DNA of 64,000 nucleotides from Oscillospiraceae bacterium (GTDB lineage Bacteria; Bacillota; Clostridia; Oscillospirales; UBA929): NCBI GenBank assembly GCA_031549735.1, contig JAVBPF010000002.1, positions 19,790 to 83,789 of the forward strand, read 5' to 3'. Shown piece by piece: positions 55,383 to 64,000 of this stretch (position 1 is its first letter; each line of letters starts with the position of its first letter). The notes under the pieces were generated by a model. It saw only the letters and a program-made list of their open reading frames with translations, ran no database searches and was not told where the DNA came from. The position numbers and the translations under genes were made by a program.

Positions 55383-57176
55383 TCAATGATATATCTTGAT
55401 GGCCGACGCGCGCAGTCGGGCGGCATCCTCCCGCGTTACCGCGGCGCTGATGTGAACCCCTTCCTCTTTATACTGGCAGTCGGTCACTTGTCCGTTGGCA
55501 TAAATGCGTGAAATCAGCGCGCCCGCATCCAGTGGCAGCAAAACCGAAAGCTCGGTGCGCATCTCTGAGAGTTTTTGCGTGACCGCACTCTTCAGCGTAT
55601 CAAGGCCGCGTCCGGTGAGCGCCGAGATGACGACACTGTCCCGCTCCGGAATGGTATCGTCCGAGATGTCACATTTGTTGTAAACGGTCAGCACGGGTTT
55701 GTTGTGAGCGTCCAGCTGTCCCAGCACCTCGCCGACCACCTCCATCTGCCGCGCCCGGTCTGCGGAGGAGCCGTCCACCACATGCAGCAGCAGATCGGCG
55801 TAGCGCGTTTCCTCCAGCGTGGCGCGAAACGCGTCGACCAGATCGTGCGGCAATTTGTTGATGAAGCCGACGGTGTCGACCAGCAAAAGCTCACCGCAAC
55901 CGAAGTTCACCCGGCGGGAGACCGGATCCAGCGTGGCGAACAGCTTATCCTCCGCCAGAACCTCACTGCCCGAAAGGCAATTCATCAAGGTCGATTTGCC
56001 TGCGTTGGTATAGCCGACCAGCGCGACGACAGGAATTTTTGACCGTTCCCGCGCCACCCGCTGGACGCCGCGCCGCGATTTGATCTTATCGATTTCCCGT
56101 TCCAGTTCATGCAGCCGTTTGCGCAGAATTCGCCGGTCGACCTCCAGCTGCGTTTCGCCCTCGCCACGCCGCGCGCCCGCGCCGCCGCCTCCGCCGCCGC
56201 CCATACGCGACATGTGCGTCCAGTAACCCGTCATTCTGGGTAGCATGTATTTCGTCTCGGCCAGCTCGACCTGCAGCCGTCCCTCGTGGGTGGACGCCCG
56301 GGTCGAAAAAATGTCAAGAATCAGCGAGGTGCGATCCAAAATCTCGGTTTTGCCGAGTTCTTTTTGTATATTTCGGATTTGCGCCGGAGAAAGCTCATCG
56401 TCAAAGATGACCACATCGGCGCGCAGGGCTTGGATCTCCAAAACCAGATCGTGCAGCTTACCATAACCCAGATAAGTGCTTTTGTCCGGTTTGACGCGGG
56501 GCTGCACCATCGAGCCGACGGTGATGAACCCGGCCGTGTCGGCCAACTGCAAAAGCTCATCCAGCGGGTCGGCATCGTCCTCTTTGGCGTCAATCCCTAC
56601 CAAAATGGCGCGCGCGATCTCTGCCTCCGCCTTTTGAGATTCAGCCGGGCGAATGCGGACGTCGGCCGCGCGCATCTCCGCCCAAAGCAGATCGCCGGGG
56701 ATAGAGCTTGTCCGGTATGGGCCGAACAGGTTTACCGAAAGATCGTCGCCGGACGCCGGCGCGTCCAAAATACCGACCTGCATCGAGACCGGTTTTCCTT
56801 CCGACACGCCGATGGCGGCCATGGCATCGAATCGGATATTCTTGAGGGACTGGATATCCACCTCCGAGAGCGCGCAACGGCCTCCGGGGTGCGTGTGAAT
56901 GCAGCGAAATCCGCTCAACCGGGTATCCGAGCGGCGTTTCCGTAGCTCAGGGATGGTCACCCGGTCCTGCTCGCCTACGGCGACGGCCACGACCCGCGCC
57001 GACCGGTCGAGATAGATCATGGCTTCCCGGCCGGTGGCCTCGGTGAAGGCGGCCAGCGCCTCCAGCATTTCCAGCGTGCAGAACTGTTTCCGGTCGATTT
57101 CCATCTCGTAGATACTCTCCAACCGTTCGATCTGGGAGCGGCGGATACCGTTCGTGTTTCCTTCGATTTTTGGCAT
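55383..57176 (-). CDS. hflX: GTPase HflX with ~175-aa N-terminal extension
   Basis: HflX N-domain and coiled-coil GEGETQLEVDRR; G1 GYTNAGKST, DTVGF, NKCD; extra N-terminal region containing HTHPGGRCALSEVD. Confidence 0.9.
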   Translation of the reverse strand: MPKIEGNTNGIRRSQIERLESIYEMEIDRKQFCTLEMLEALAAFTEATGREAMIYLDRSARVVAVAVGEQDRVTIPELRKRRSDTRLSGFRCIHTHPGGRCALSEVDIQSLKNIRFDAMAAIGVSEGKPVSMQVGILDAPASGDDLSVNLFGPYRTSSIPGDLLWAEMRAADVRIRPAESQKAEAEIARAILVGIDAKEDDADPLDELLQLADTAGFITVGSMVQPRVKPDKSTYLGYGKLHDLVLEIQALRADVVIFDDELSPAQIRNIQKELGKTEILDRTSLILDIFSTRASTHEGRLQVELAETKYMLPRMTGYWTHMSRMGGGGGGGAGARRGEGETQLEVDRRILRKRLHELEREIDKIKSRRGVQRVARERSKIPVVALVGYTNAGKSTLMNCLSGSEVLAEDKLFATLDPVSRRVNFGCGELLLVDTVGFINKLPHDLVDAFRATLEETRYADLLLHVVDGSSADRARQMEVVGEVLGQLDAHNKPVLTVYNKCDISDDTIPERDSVVISALTGRGLDTLKSAVTQKLSEMRTELSVLLPLDAGALISRIYANGQVTDCQYKEEGVHISAAVTREDAARLRASAIKIYH

Positions 57177-57247
57177 GGGCTATTTCCTTTTCTTCTACAT
57201 CCTATATTTTAGTGGCTCCATAAAACGTAGCGCGGCTCATCAATTTT

Positions 57248-57727
57248 CTAATTATTTGACTGCTGTTGCGCCACCGCGCAGTCAATGGCCAGCATGACGG
57301 CCAGCGCCGGGAGTTCGTTGCGTTCGTCGGGGATGTCCAATACGTAGGAGTCGCCCCAAGTGAACCATTTCTTCGACAGAGTGACCACAGCGCAGTCTCC
57401 GCGTGATACGACATACTCATGCGCCCAAAAATCGCCCTCAACCTCCCAATCCAATCCCGCCACAGTATAGCGAGGTTTGAAAAAGGTGAATTCCTTGACC
57501 AGCTCAGCAATCTGCCGTTCTCCCACAAAGATGTGGTACCGCGGCTTCCAAGACATCACCTTCTGCTGAATATAGATCACTTCCCGGCCACTCATGTCAT
57601 ATACATGGAGTTTCTTGCCCCAGGAAAACAGCTGCCCCTCGGCAGTATACTTGTCACGGCCGGATTCGTCCATAATCGCAAACCGGTCTCGCCACGAAAA
57701 AACATGCTGCTTGATATACAGATTCAT
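57248..57727 (-). CDS. LURP-one-related/tubby C-terminal-like (DUF567) family protein
   Basis: Start at ATG 57727 after GGGGA; repeated hairpin pattern (FSWRDRFAIMDESG..; LFSWGKKLHVYDMSG..; VMSWKPRYHIF) typical of this 12-stranded barrel family. Confidence 0.65.
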   Translation of the reverse strand: MNLYIKQHVFSWRDRFAIMDESGRDKYTAEGQLFSWGKKLHVYDMSGREVIYIQQKVMSWKPRYHIFVGERQIAELVKEFTFFKPRYTVAGLDWEVEGDFWAHEYVVSRGDCAVVTLSKKWFTWGDSYVLDIPDERNELPALAVMLAIDCAVAQQQSNN

Positions 57728-57775
57728 AACCAATCCCCTATCTTCGTTAGGTTGCTGATGCTCCGCCCGTCCCCA

Positions 57776-59290
57776 TTATCCGGGCAGCTGAAAATCCAGC
57801 AAACCGGCAATCTGTTGCTCGCGGCTAATGCCCTCATAGACCTCGGCAAGCGCCAATCCGTTTTCGGTCAACGCAAAGACGCAGCGTTCGGTAATGTACA
57901 ATACCCGCTGCCCTCTTGCCAAAGCGTTTCGCGCGGAAAAGCTGATGGTTTGAATTGTATCCCTGAATTTAGGGACTGCTCCTTCCGACGCGATGCGAAC
58001 CGATGGACCCTCCTGTATCACCGTCAAGCCTTTGGCCGTGAAGCTCAGGCAGAAAACGATGGTTTTCGCCGCGGTGGTGATGTTGGCGAACCCGCCGATG
58101 CCCACAAATCGGTCGCCGATGCGGTGGGCGTTGACGTTTCCGTGCCGGTCAACTTCCACGCCGCCCATAAAGCAGATGTCCAACCCGCCCCCGTCGTAGA
58201 AATCGAACTGTGTCGCCATGTCGCTGATCATATCGGCGCCGATGGTTGAGCCGAAGGAAACGCCCGGCGCGGGCAAGCCGCCGGTGCCGCCGGCCTCGAC
58301 CGTCAGCGTCACATCCTTCAGAATGCCCAGTTCGGAGGCATACTTCCCGACGGTCTCCGGCATACCGATGCCGATGTTGACGATATCCCCGGCGCACAGC
58401 TCGCGGGCGGCGCGAAGACCGATGATGTCCGCCGTTTTGTCCACTGACGGTTCGCCGCGCTTGCCGGAGGGCGATAGCTTGCTCATCCAGTGATCCATTT
58501 GGGACGGCGGCACATGGATATCCCCGGACAGAACAGGGCTGGGGTGCTGAATGTCGGGCAGCTCGTCGCTGACAACGACCGCGTCGACCAGCGTGCCGGG
58601 GATGATGACGTTGCGCGGACGTGAAAACACGTGACTGACGCGCGACACCTGAACGATAACCTTCCCGCCGTTGTTTTTCGCGGCCTGAGCCATGGCCAGC
58701 GCGTCGACGATCACATTCTCATTTTCAAACGTGATGTTGCCGCTGGGATCGACCGAGGAGCCCTTGATCAGAGCGATGTCGATTTGGGGCGTCCGGTATT
58801 GTAGATATTCCTCTCCGTCGACGGTCACGACCTTGACCGGCCGGTCGGTCGAGCGGCGGTTCATGCCCGGGCCTTCGACGCGCGGATCGACAAACAGATT
58901 CAATCCGACCTGGGTCAGATAGAACGGTTTGCCGGAAGCCGCGGCCCGGATGGTATGTGAAAGCACGCCCAGCGGCATGCAGTAACACTCAATCTCATTG
59001 TCGCGTGCCATCCGTGTGACAGCGGGCATACTGGAAAAATGGCTGGCGATCACCTTTCGAACGGCGCCCAGGCTTACATAGCGGTCGGCAAACAGATCCT
59101 CGCGCCAGCCGCCGAAGCCTGACGCGCAGAAGAGTTCAAGACCAGCCGGATGACCCGATTCCGAAAACCGGTCGGCGATGGCTCTGTGCAGGGCGTCCGG
59201 GTTGGCCAGAGCCAGAAAGGAATTGACCGCGACGCAAGCGCCGTCCGGACTCAGCTCAGCGGCCTGGCGGGCCGACATGATTTTAAACAT
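57776..59290 (-). CDS. Acyl-CoA:acetate/3-ketoacid CoA-transferase family protein (YdiF/propionate CoA-transferase-like)
   Basis: 504 aa; GGGAGAG before the ATG; fused alpha/beta CoA-transferase with VEAGGTGG and GIGGF-type motifs. Confidence 0.8.
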   Translation of the reverse strand: MFKIMSARQAAELSPDGACVAVNSFLALANPDALHRAIADRFSESGHPAGLELFCASGFGGWREDLFADRYVSLGAVRKVIASHFSSMPAVTRMARDNEIECYCMPLGVLSHTIRAAASGKPFYLTQVGLNLFVDPRVEGPGMNRRSTDRPVKVVTVDGEEYLQYRTPQIDIALIKGSSVDPSGNITFENENVIVDALAMAQAAKNNGGKVIVQVSRVSHVFSRPRNVIIPGTLVDAVVVSDELPDIQHPSPVLSGDIHVPPSQMDHWMSKLSPSGKRGEPSVDKTADIIGLRAARELCAGDIVNIGIGMPETVGKYASELGILKDVTLTVEAGGTGGLPAPGVSFGSTIGADMISDMATQFDFYDGGGLDICFMGGVEVDRHGNVNAHRIGDRFVGIGGFANITTAAKTIVFCLSFTAKGLTVIQEGPSVRIASEGAVPKFRDTIQTISFSARNALARGQRVLYITERCVFALTENGLALAEVYEGISREQQIAGLLDFQLPG

Positions 59291-59409
59291 GGTTTTTTCT
59301 CTCCCTCAAGGCAGACTGACGCTATTATACAACATGAGAGCCGACAATCATAGTGTCTCAAGCCCGTTTCCAAATTGTCAAAAAAGGGAAAAACATTTCC
59401 AATTATGGG

Positions 59410-59437
59410 TTGACAAATAACGAAGGGGGGGTATATT
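59410..59437 (+). promoter_or_regulatory. Sigma-A-type promoter of the plus-strand island
   Basis: TTGACA (59410-59415), 16 nt, TATATT (59432-59437); ~130-nt leader to the first gene. Confidence 0.5.
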
Positions 59438-59572
59438 ATGGAAACACCTAGGCGGAAGATGGACATTTTTGTCTTCGGAAGGGAGGGATTTCCGAGGCGT
59501 ATTCCCCTTGTGTTGTTTTCAGGGCGACGGGGTCCCTTGAAACCCCGAATTCGAAATTTTGGAGGAATACAT

Positions 59573-59986
59573 ATGAAAAAGAACATTAAGAAAATGTGCG
59601 CCCTCGTTGCGGCGCTGGCCATGATTATGTCCCTTGTCTCGGTATCCGCCAGCGCGTGGGATTTGTCCTATGCGGGCAGCGGTACGCCGCTGTATTACAG
59701 CGTTCTCACGGCCAAATTTGCAGCCAGAACGTGGGGAATTTCCAGCATAACAAACAATATCAGCAAAAATACTGGTAGTCCCTCGATATCTGTTAGGTAT
59801 AGTGAAACCAGCGGCTATCCTCTTGGCAGTAATTCACACGTCGCTACTGTTGGAAAGAAGAAAACCAATTTTAGCGGGACTCCTGCGCCCAATGGCTATC
59901 AGGGGCAATTCACGGTTGATATGCAAAACTATGTCGGCATGATCACTACATCCATCACCGGAGCGAATGAAGTAACAATGTCATAA
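59573..59986 (+). CDS. Small secreted hypothetical protein
   Basis: ATG 59573 after GGAGGA; 137 aa; Sec signal peptide (..LVSVSASA/WD); no recognisable motif. Confidence 0.7.
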   Translation: MKKNIKKMCALVAALAMIMSLVSVSASAWDLSYAGSGTPLYYSVLTAKFAARTWGISSITNNISKNTGSPSISVRYSETSGYPLGSNSHVATVGKKKTNFSGTPAPNGYQGQFTVDMQNYVGMITTSITGANEVTMS

Positions 59987-60080
59987 ACTCAGGCCCCAAA
60001 TATGGGAATGATGGTACAAGCTTTTGTCCCATCAGCCGAGCAGAGTAAGGCTCAATTGTAAGGGTCAGCTCTGACCGATC

Positions 60081-60155
60081 CCTGAATCCGTGACGGCAAT
60101 CATGTATAACTGCGATCAAAACAGTGCTTTTGAATCTGTCCGTCACGGATTCAGG
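60081..60155. repeat. 16-bp perfect inverted repeat with 43-nt spacer
   Basis: CCTGAATCCGTGACGG (60081-60096) / CCGTCACGGATTCAGG (60140-60155), between the secreted-protein gene and the lipoprotein gene. Confidence 0.7.
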
Positions 60156-60191
60156 TGATTGGTTGGGTAAGTTTTGTGGAGGGTTCTTGTT

Positions 60192-61342
60192 ATGAAGCGG
60201 AGGAGCATACTAGTCTGCGCTCTTATTTTCTCTTTTCCGTTTATTCTTTCAGCGTGTGAAAGTCCCGAGACGGATTCAACTGAAACGCAACCTTCGATTG
60301 AAACGGACACGCTGGATCGGATCTTTTCGGACACGGAGAGCCTGCGCGCTCTCTCATTCGACAACTTAGATCTGTCGAACGTACGCATCTGTGAAAAGCC
60401 TGAAAGAGCCGCCAAAATCCGGTGGCAGGTAGATGATGATTTCAACGAGAACATGGAGACATTATTCGCGGATTTTATCGGCGACCGATATGATCCGGCG
60501 TGTTTTACGCCCGACGAGGGACAGTGGTATCCGAACGGGCCAAGTTATATAGATCTGAATCAGGGCGTTCATATGAATATGGGACTGACGGGTTTTTTGG
60601 CTTTTTGGGATTTTTCCTCCCTGTCGGATTTCAAGGGTTCCCCACAAGAATATGAAGAGAAATATATTGACCATGAGACGGAACAAAGCTTTTTCCTATT
60701 CGAACAGTATGAAGATGCCGCTTTTCAAACCGTTGACGGCTCTGTTCGTGTGAGTGAGGCGGCGGAGGCCGCCGAGCGTTACGCGATGGACAAATGGCAA
60801 AAATATGAGCCGGGTTTTGGTTGGCACGCCAAGGTTGTTCTGGTGTCGCCGTATGACAATGGGCTTCACAGCTTCAGGGTAGTGATGGAAAAAAATTATG
60901 GGGGGTGCCCATATCCACCACCTTCATCGGATCTGATAGTGAAGACACAAAAAATAATGTCGAGATGTTCCCGGGGGAAATAGACTTGTTTTCCTTGCGT
61001 CAGGTCACTTTTCTTTATAACCACATGATCCTAAATGAAGTTCCGGGCGGAGAGGAATACGAAAGGATTATGACAATCGAGCGCGCATTGAGCATTGTAT
61101 CCGATGAACTATCAGAGTATAAGACATACGATGTAAAATACATCGCACTTGAAAACAGAGTCAGGACAGATGAACCTTCGGAGACAAACACAAGCGGCAT
61201 GCCCGCTCGCCATGGTGAAAAAGCAACATCGATACCCTGCTGGGTGGTTTACCTCGAGACAACGTACAACAGGGAAATTTACGCTGTGGTCAACGCCATA
61301 ACAGGTGAACTCGACTTTTTCGACAACACCCGCGGCGCCTGA
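60192..61342 (+). pseudogene. Lipoprotein gene split by a frameshift at a G6 tract (or phase-variable/sequencing-error site)
   Basis: ATG 60192 begins MKRRSILVCALIFSFPFILSAC (lipobox LSAC). The frame ends at 60983. A second frame, open from 60905 to 61342, continues plausibly (..NYGG | VPISTTFIG..) and ends with a PepSY-like IYAVVNAITGELDFFDN. The junction is GGGGGG at 60900-60905. Confidence 0.65.
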
Positions 61343-61361
61343 CGGGGAGAGGGTAAAGACA

Positions 61362-62165
61362 ATGAACATGCTACACGCATTGCGGTGCGACTTTTCCAAG
61401 ATGCTGCGCGGCAGAGGCTTTTGGGCCTGTGTTGGCATCACCGCGCTGGTGTGCTTCACTTCAATCACCCAGTATGACTCGACGGGCAGGTCGTTTTCCG
61501 TTATCGACGTCCTTCTTGATCCCGGCATCGAGCGGCTGAGCTGGTTTGATACGATGACCATGTCCTGCGGGAACATGACGGTGATGTTTCTGCCTATCCT
61601 ATCCGCACTCCCCTTCGTGTCCATGTTCTGCTCGGAGAGGGAAAGCGGCTTGCTTCGCCTGTCCGTTTCACGCGCGGGGAAGCTGCCCTATGCCCTGTCG
61701 AAGGCCATAAGTGCCGTTGTCTCCGCCGGTCTGGGGATCATGTTCGGGTATCTCCTGTATGGATGCGCCATCCTCCCCTTCTTTGCCTGGGATCGAGGGT
61801 TCTCAGGCCTGTGGGACGCCTTTGTTCTTCTTGTGGGGATGTTTGCGTTGGGCGGCTTTTCCGTGCTGCCGGCCATGTTCCTCTCCTCCTTCGTGAAGAA
61901 CAAGTATCTGATCTGCTGCTTTCCTTTCATCCTCTCCAACTTCCTCTACATCGGCATATCCAGATTGTCAACCTCACTGATGAGGACGGAAAACTACGCA
62001 CTGATGAGCATTGTTGATAACCTGCGACCGGATTATGTTCGGTTTGCTGTAGCGGGGTACCTGGAGGATCCCCTTTTTTCGATCCTTTACTATCCCGGCG
62101 TCACGCTGCTTGCCTGCGCCGGCTTTATGTTGATATTTGGGAGGAGGTTTGATTTGGGTGAATAG
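61362..62165 (+). CDS. ABC-2-type transporter permease-like membrane protein
   Basis: Start at ATG 61362 after GGGAGAGGG; 267 aa, ~6 hydrophobic helices; precedes a second permease and an ABC ATPase. Confidence 0.7.
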   Translation: MNMLHALRCDFSKMLRGRGFWACVGITALVCFTSITQYDSTGRSFSVIDVLLDPGIERLSWFDTMTMSCGNMTVMFLPILSALPFVSMFCSERESGLLRLSVSRAGKLPYALSKAISAVVSAGLGIMFGYLLYGCAILPFFAWDRGFSGLWDAFVLLVGMFALGGFSVLPAMFLSSFVKNKYLICCFPFILSNFLYIGISRLSTSLMRTENYALMSIVDNLRPDYVRFAVAGYLEDPLFSILYYPGVTLLACAGFMLIFGRRFDLGE

Positions 62166-63027
62166 GTTTTCATTGACCAGGACGACCCGCCTTGCCGCCA
62201 TCGAATATCGCAAGTGGCTCTTCGACGCCCGGATGGTTGTGGCGGCATCCATGCTGTTGTTTATTTGGATGTTTGCCCTGTCACCTCTTTTGGAGCTGAG
62301 CCGCGAGATGAATTCCCCACTGAACTTCCTGGAGCCATTTTTGGCCGTGCTCAACTCTGAACCGTTGGGGCTGGTCTGTCCGGCTGTTTTCCTGTTTCTC
62401 ATTTCAGACTATCCCAAGGTGGACGCGGGCAGCCTTTTTCTGATTCACCGTCTGAAGAAATCGGAATGGGCTGTCGGACAGATGTTGTTTTTTATATACG
62501 CCATCCTGTCCTTTCTTGGGGCTATCTTTGTTCTGTCAACCATATCGGCTCTCGTGAATGCAGCTGTATTTTCAAATACATGGAGCAGCGCCGTCACGGA
62601 TTACGGTCTTGCTTTCCCGGACAGGCGTTTCAGTTTCGCGGCTCAATTGCTTACAAACAAGCTGTACAACCAACTCTCGCCCATCTCAGCCGCACTGTCC
62701 GCCTTTTCCCTGTTGGGGTTGTACTTACTTGCTTTTGCGATGATATTGCTGCTGTTCCGTGTGTTCAGCAGACACAAGGTTGGTATCATTTTGTCGGTGT
62801 TCCTCATTGCGTTTGGCAGTGCGGCTGGATATGCGAAACAGACTTGGATGTGGGTCTTTCCGATGCCTCACACGATAATCAGCTTTCATTTCACGGATTA
62901 TTTTCGCGTTCCCGTTTTCCCTTTGTGGGGTTCATATCTGTACCTGTCTCTGCTTGTTGTGGTGTTGGTGGTCGTCGTCTTTTTGTCCATTCGCAGACTC
63001 AAATTTGCAGTAGACCGGGAAGAATAG
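62158..63027 (+). CDS. Second polytopic membrane protein (permease partner)
   Basis: Start set at GTG 62158 after GGAGGAGG, overlapping the upstream stop by 8 nt; ~6-7 hydrophobic helices. Confidence 0.65.
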   Translation: MNRFSLTRTTRLAAIEYRKWLFDARMVVAASMLLFIWMFALSPLLELSREMNSPLNFLEPFLAVLNSEPLGLVCPAVFLFLISDYPKVDAGSLFLIHRLKKSEWAVGQMLFFIYAILSFLGAIFVLSTISALVNAAVFSNTWSSAVTDYGLAFPDRRFSFAAQLLTNKLYNQLSPISAALSAFSLLGLYLLAFAMILLLFRVFSRHKVGIILSVFLIAFGSAAGYAKQTWMWVFPMPHTIISFHFTDYFRVPVFPLWGSYLYLSLLVVVLVVVVFLSIRRLKFAVDREE

Positions 63028-63038
63028 GAGCGATTCGC

Positions 63039-63671
63039 ATGAGCATGATAGAAGTAACAGATGTTTGTCTCCAAATCAAAAAAGATACGATTCTTAGTGA
63101 TATCAGCATCTCTTTCGCGCAAGGTCAAATCCACGGCCTGGTCGGGCGCAATGGCTGCGGAAAGACCATGCTGATGAAATGCATTTGCGGGTTTGTGCGC
63201 CCGACCTCCGGGGAGATTGCCGTAAGGGGCAAACGAGTCGGCAAAGACTGCGACTTCCCGGAAAACATCGGCATCATCATTGAAACGCCCGGTTTCATTC
63301 CCTATTACAGCGGGTACCGCAATCTAAAGCTGTTGGCGGGCTTACAGCGCAAAATCACGCCCGAAACCATCAGGCGATCGATGGAGGACGTGGGGCTTGA
63401 CCCGGATCTAAAGCGGCATGTGCGGAAATACAGCCTGGGCATGCGTCAGCGTTTGGGGCTGGCACAGGCGATCATGGAGGAACCCGACATCCTGATCCTG
63501 GACGAGCCGATGAATGGCTTGGACAAGGAGGGTGTCCGTGACATGAGGGAATACCTAAAACGTTTTCGGGATGATGGGAAGACAATCCTGATCGCCTCCC
63601 ATTCGGCCGAAGATATTGCTGTGCTCTGCGATACGGTTACGGAGATGGAGAAGGGGCGCCTGCTTGCCTGA
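63039..63671 (+). CDS. ABC transporter ATP-binding protein
   Basis: Start at ATG 63039 after AGGAG; Walker A GRNGCGKT, signature LGMRQRL, Walker B ILILDEP, H-loop SH. Confidence 0.9.
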   Translation: MSMIEVTDVCLQIKKDTILSDISISFAQGQIHGLVGRNGCGKTMLMKCICGFVRPTSGEIAVRGKRVGKDCDFPENIGIIIETPGFIPYYSGYRNLKLLAGLQRKITPETIRRSMEDVGLDPDLKRHVRKYSLGMRQRLGLAQAIMEEPDILILDEPMNGLDKEGVRDMREYLKRFRDDGKTILIASHSAEDIAVLCDTVTEMEKGRLLA

Positions 63672-63789
63672 AAGACCATCCACGAGGCGGAAAAACATCT
63701 ATGTGGCCACCCGAAAAGATTTGCTTAAATGCAATTCTTCGGGAGGCCATTTTGCTCTGGGCGGACAGGTCTGGTGTTACCTTCTATCT

Positions 63790-64000
<211 letters not shown>

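Noticed and set aside
59438-59572. Island leader as a known riboswitch (c-di-GMP, preQ1, ZTP, guanidine)
   Set aside because: No matching conserved blocks are present. Only generic hairpins can be drawn (GAAGA/TCTTC; CGGGGT/ACCCCG). The in-frame upstream ORF (METPRRK..) lacks an RBS.

Overview
This 64 kb window is GC-rich chromosomal DNA from a spore-forming, Clostridia-type Firmicute. The taxon is inferred from spoIID-domain, spoIIM and cwlD-like genes, a SCIFF/scfB pair, DUF1540, and from gene orders queA-tgt...yajC, tig-clpP-clpX...lon-engB, rplS-lepB-ylqF-rnhB-yraN and addB-addA. About 50 protein genes are supportable, and most are core housekeeping: lysine/threonine biosynthesis (asd, dapA, dapB, lysA, thrC), queuosine, proteostasis, recombination/repair and ribosome biogenesis. 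Many are joined by 4-nt overlaps.

Cis-regulatory elements read directly from the sequence:
- A lysine (L-box) riboswitch with its own promoter and intrinsic terminator lies ahead of asd-dapA-dapB. It is followed by an unexplained ~330-nt GC-rich leader.
- A PadR promoter is bracketed by two palindromic operator copies.
- Several sigma-A-like promoters and hairpin terminators are present.

Non-core content sits in three visibly AT-richer patches:
1. 0.8-3.4 kb: a secreted streptopain/staphopain-like cysteine peptidase candidate plus two tandem membrane-anchored paralogues. Next to it is a PadR regulator overlapping a SEDS (FtsW/RodA)-like membrane protein.
2. 30.4-35.5 kb: a four-gene SipW/TasA-like fibre operon inserted between clpX and lon. 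It includes a TasA-like domain fused to a beta-helix region and a SipW with a ~200-aa tail.
3. 59.3-63.7 kb: a plus-strand island with a small secreted protein, a lipoprotein gene frameshifted at a G6 tract, two permeases and an ABC ATPase.

Other notable points are an HflX GTPase whose N-terminal extension carries an intact JAB/MPN-type H-x-H-x7-S-x2-D motif, and a SCIFF precursor with an extended C-terminus.

No rRNA, tRNA, CRISPR array, transposase or prophage was seen. Many long ORFs in the track are antisense shadows typical of GC-rich DNA and were not called. All functional calls come from motif recognition by eye; no database search or folding computation was run.
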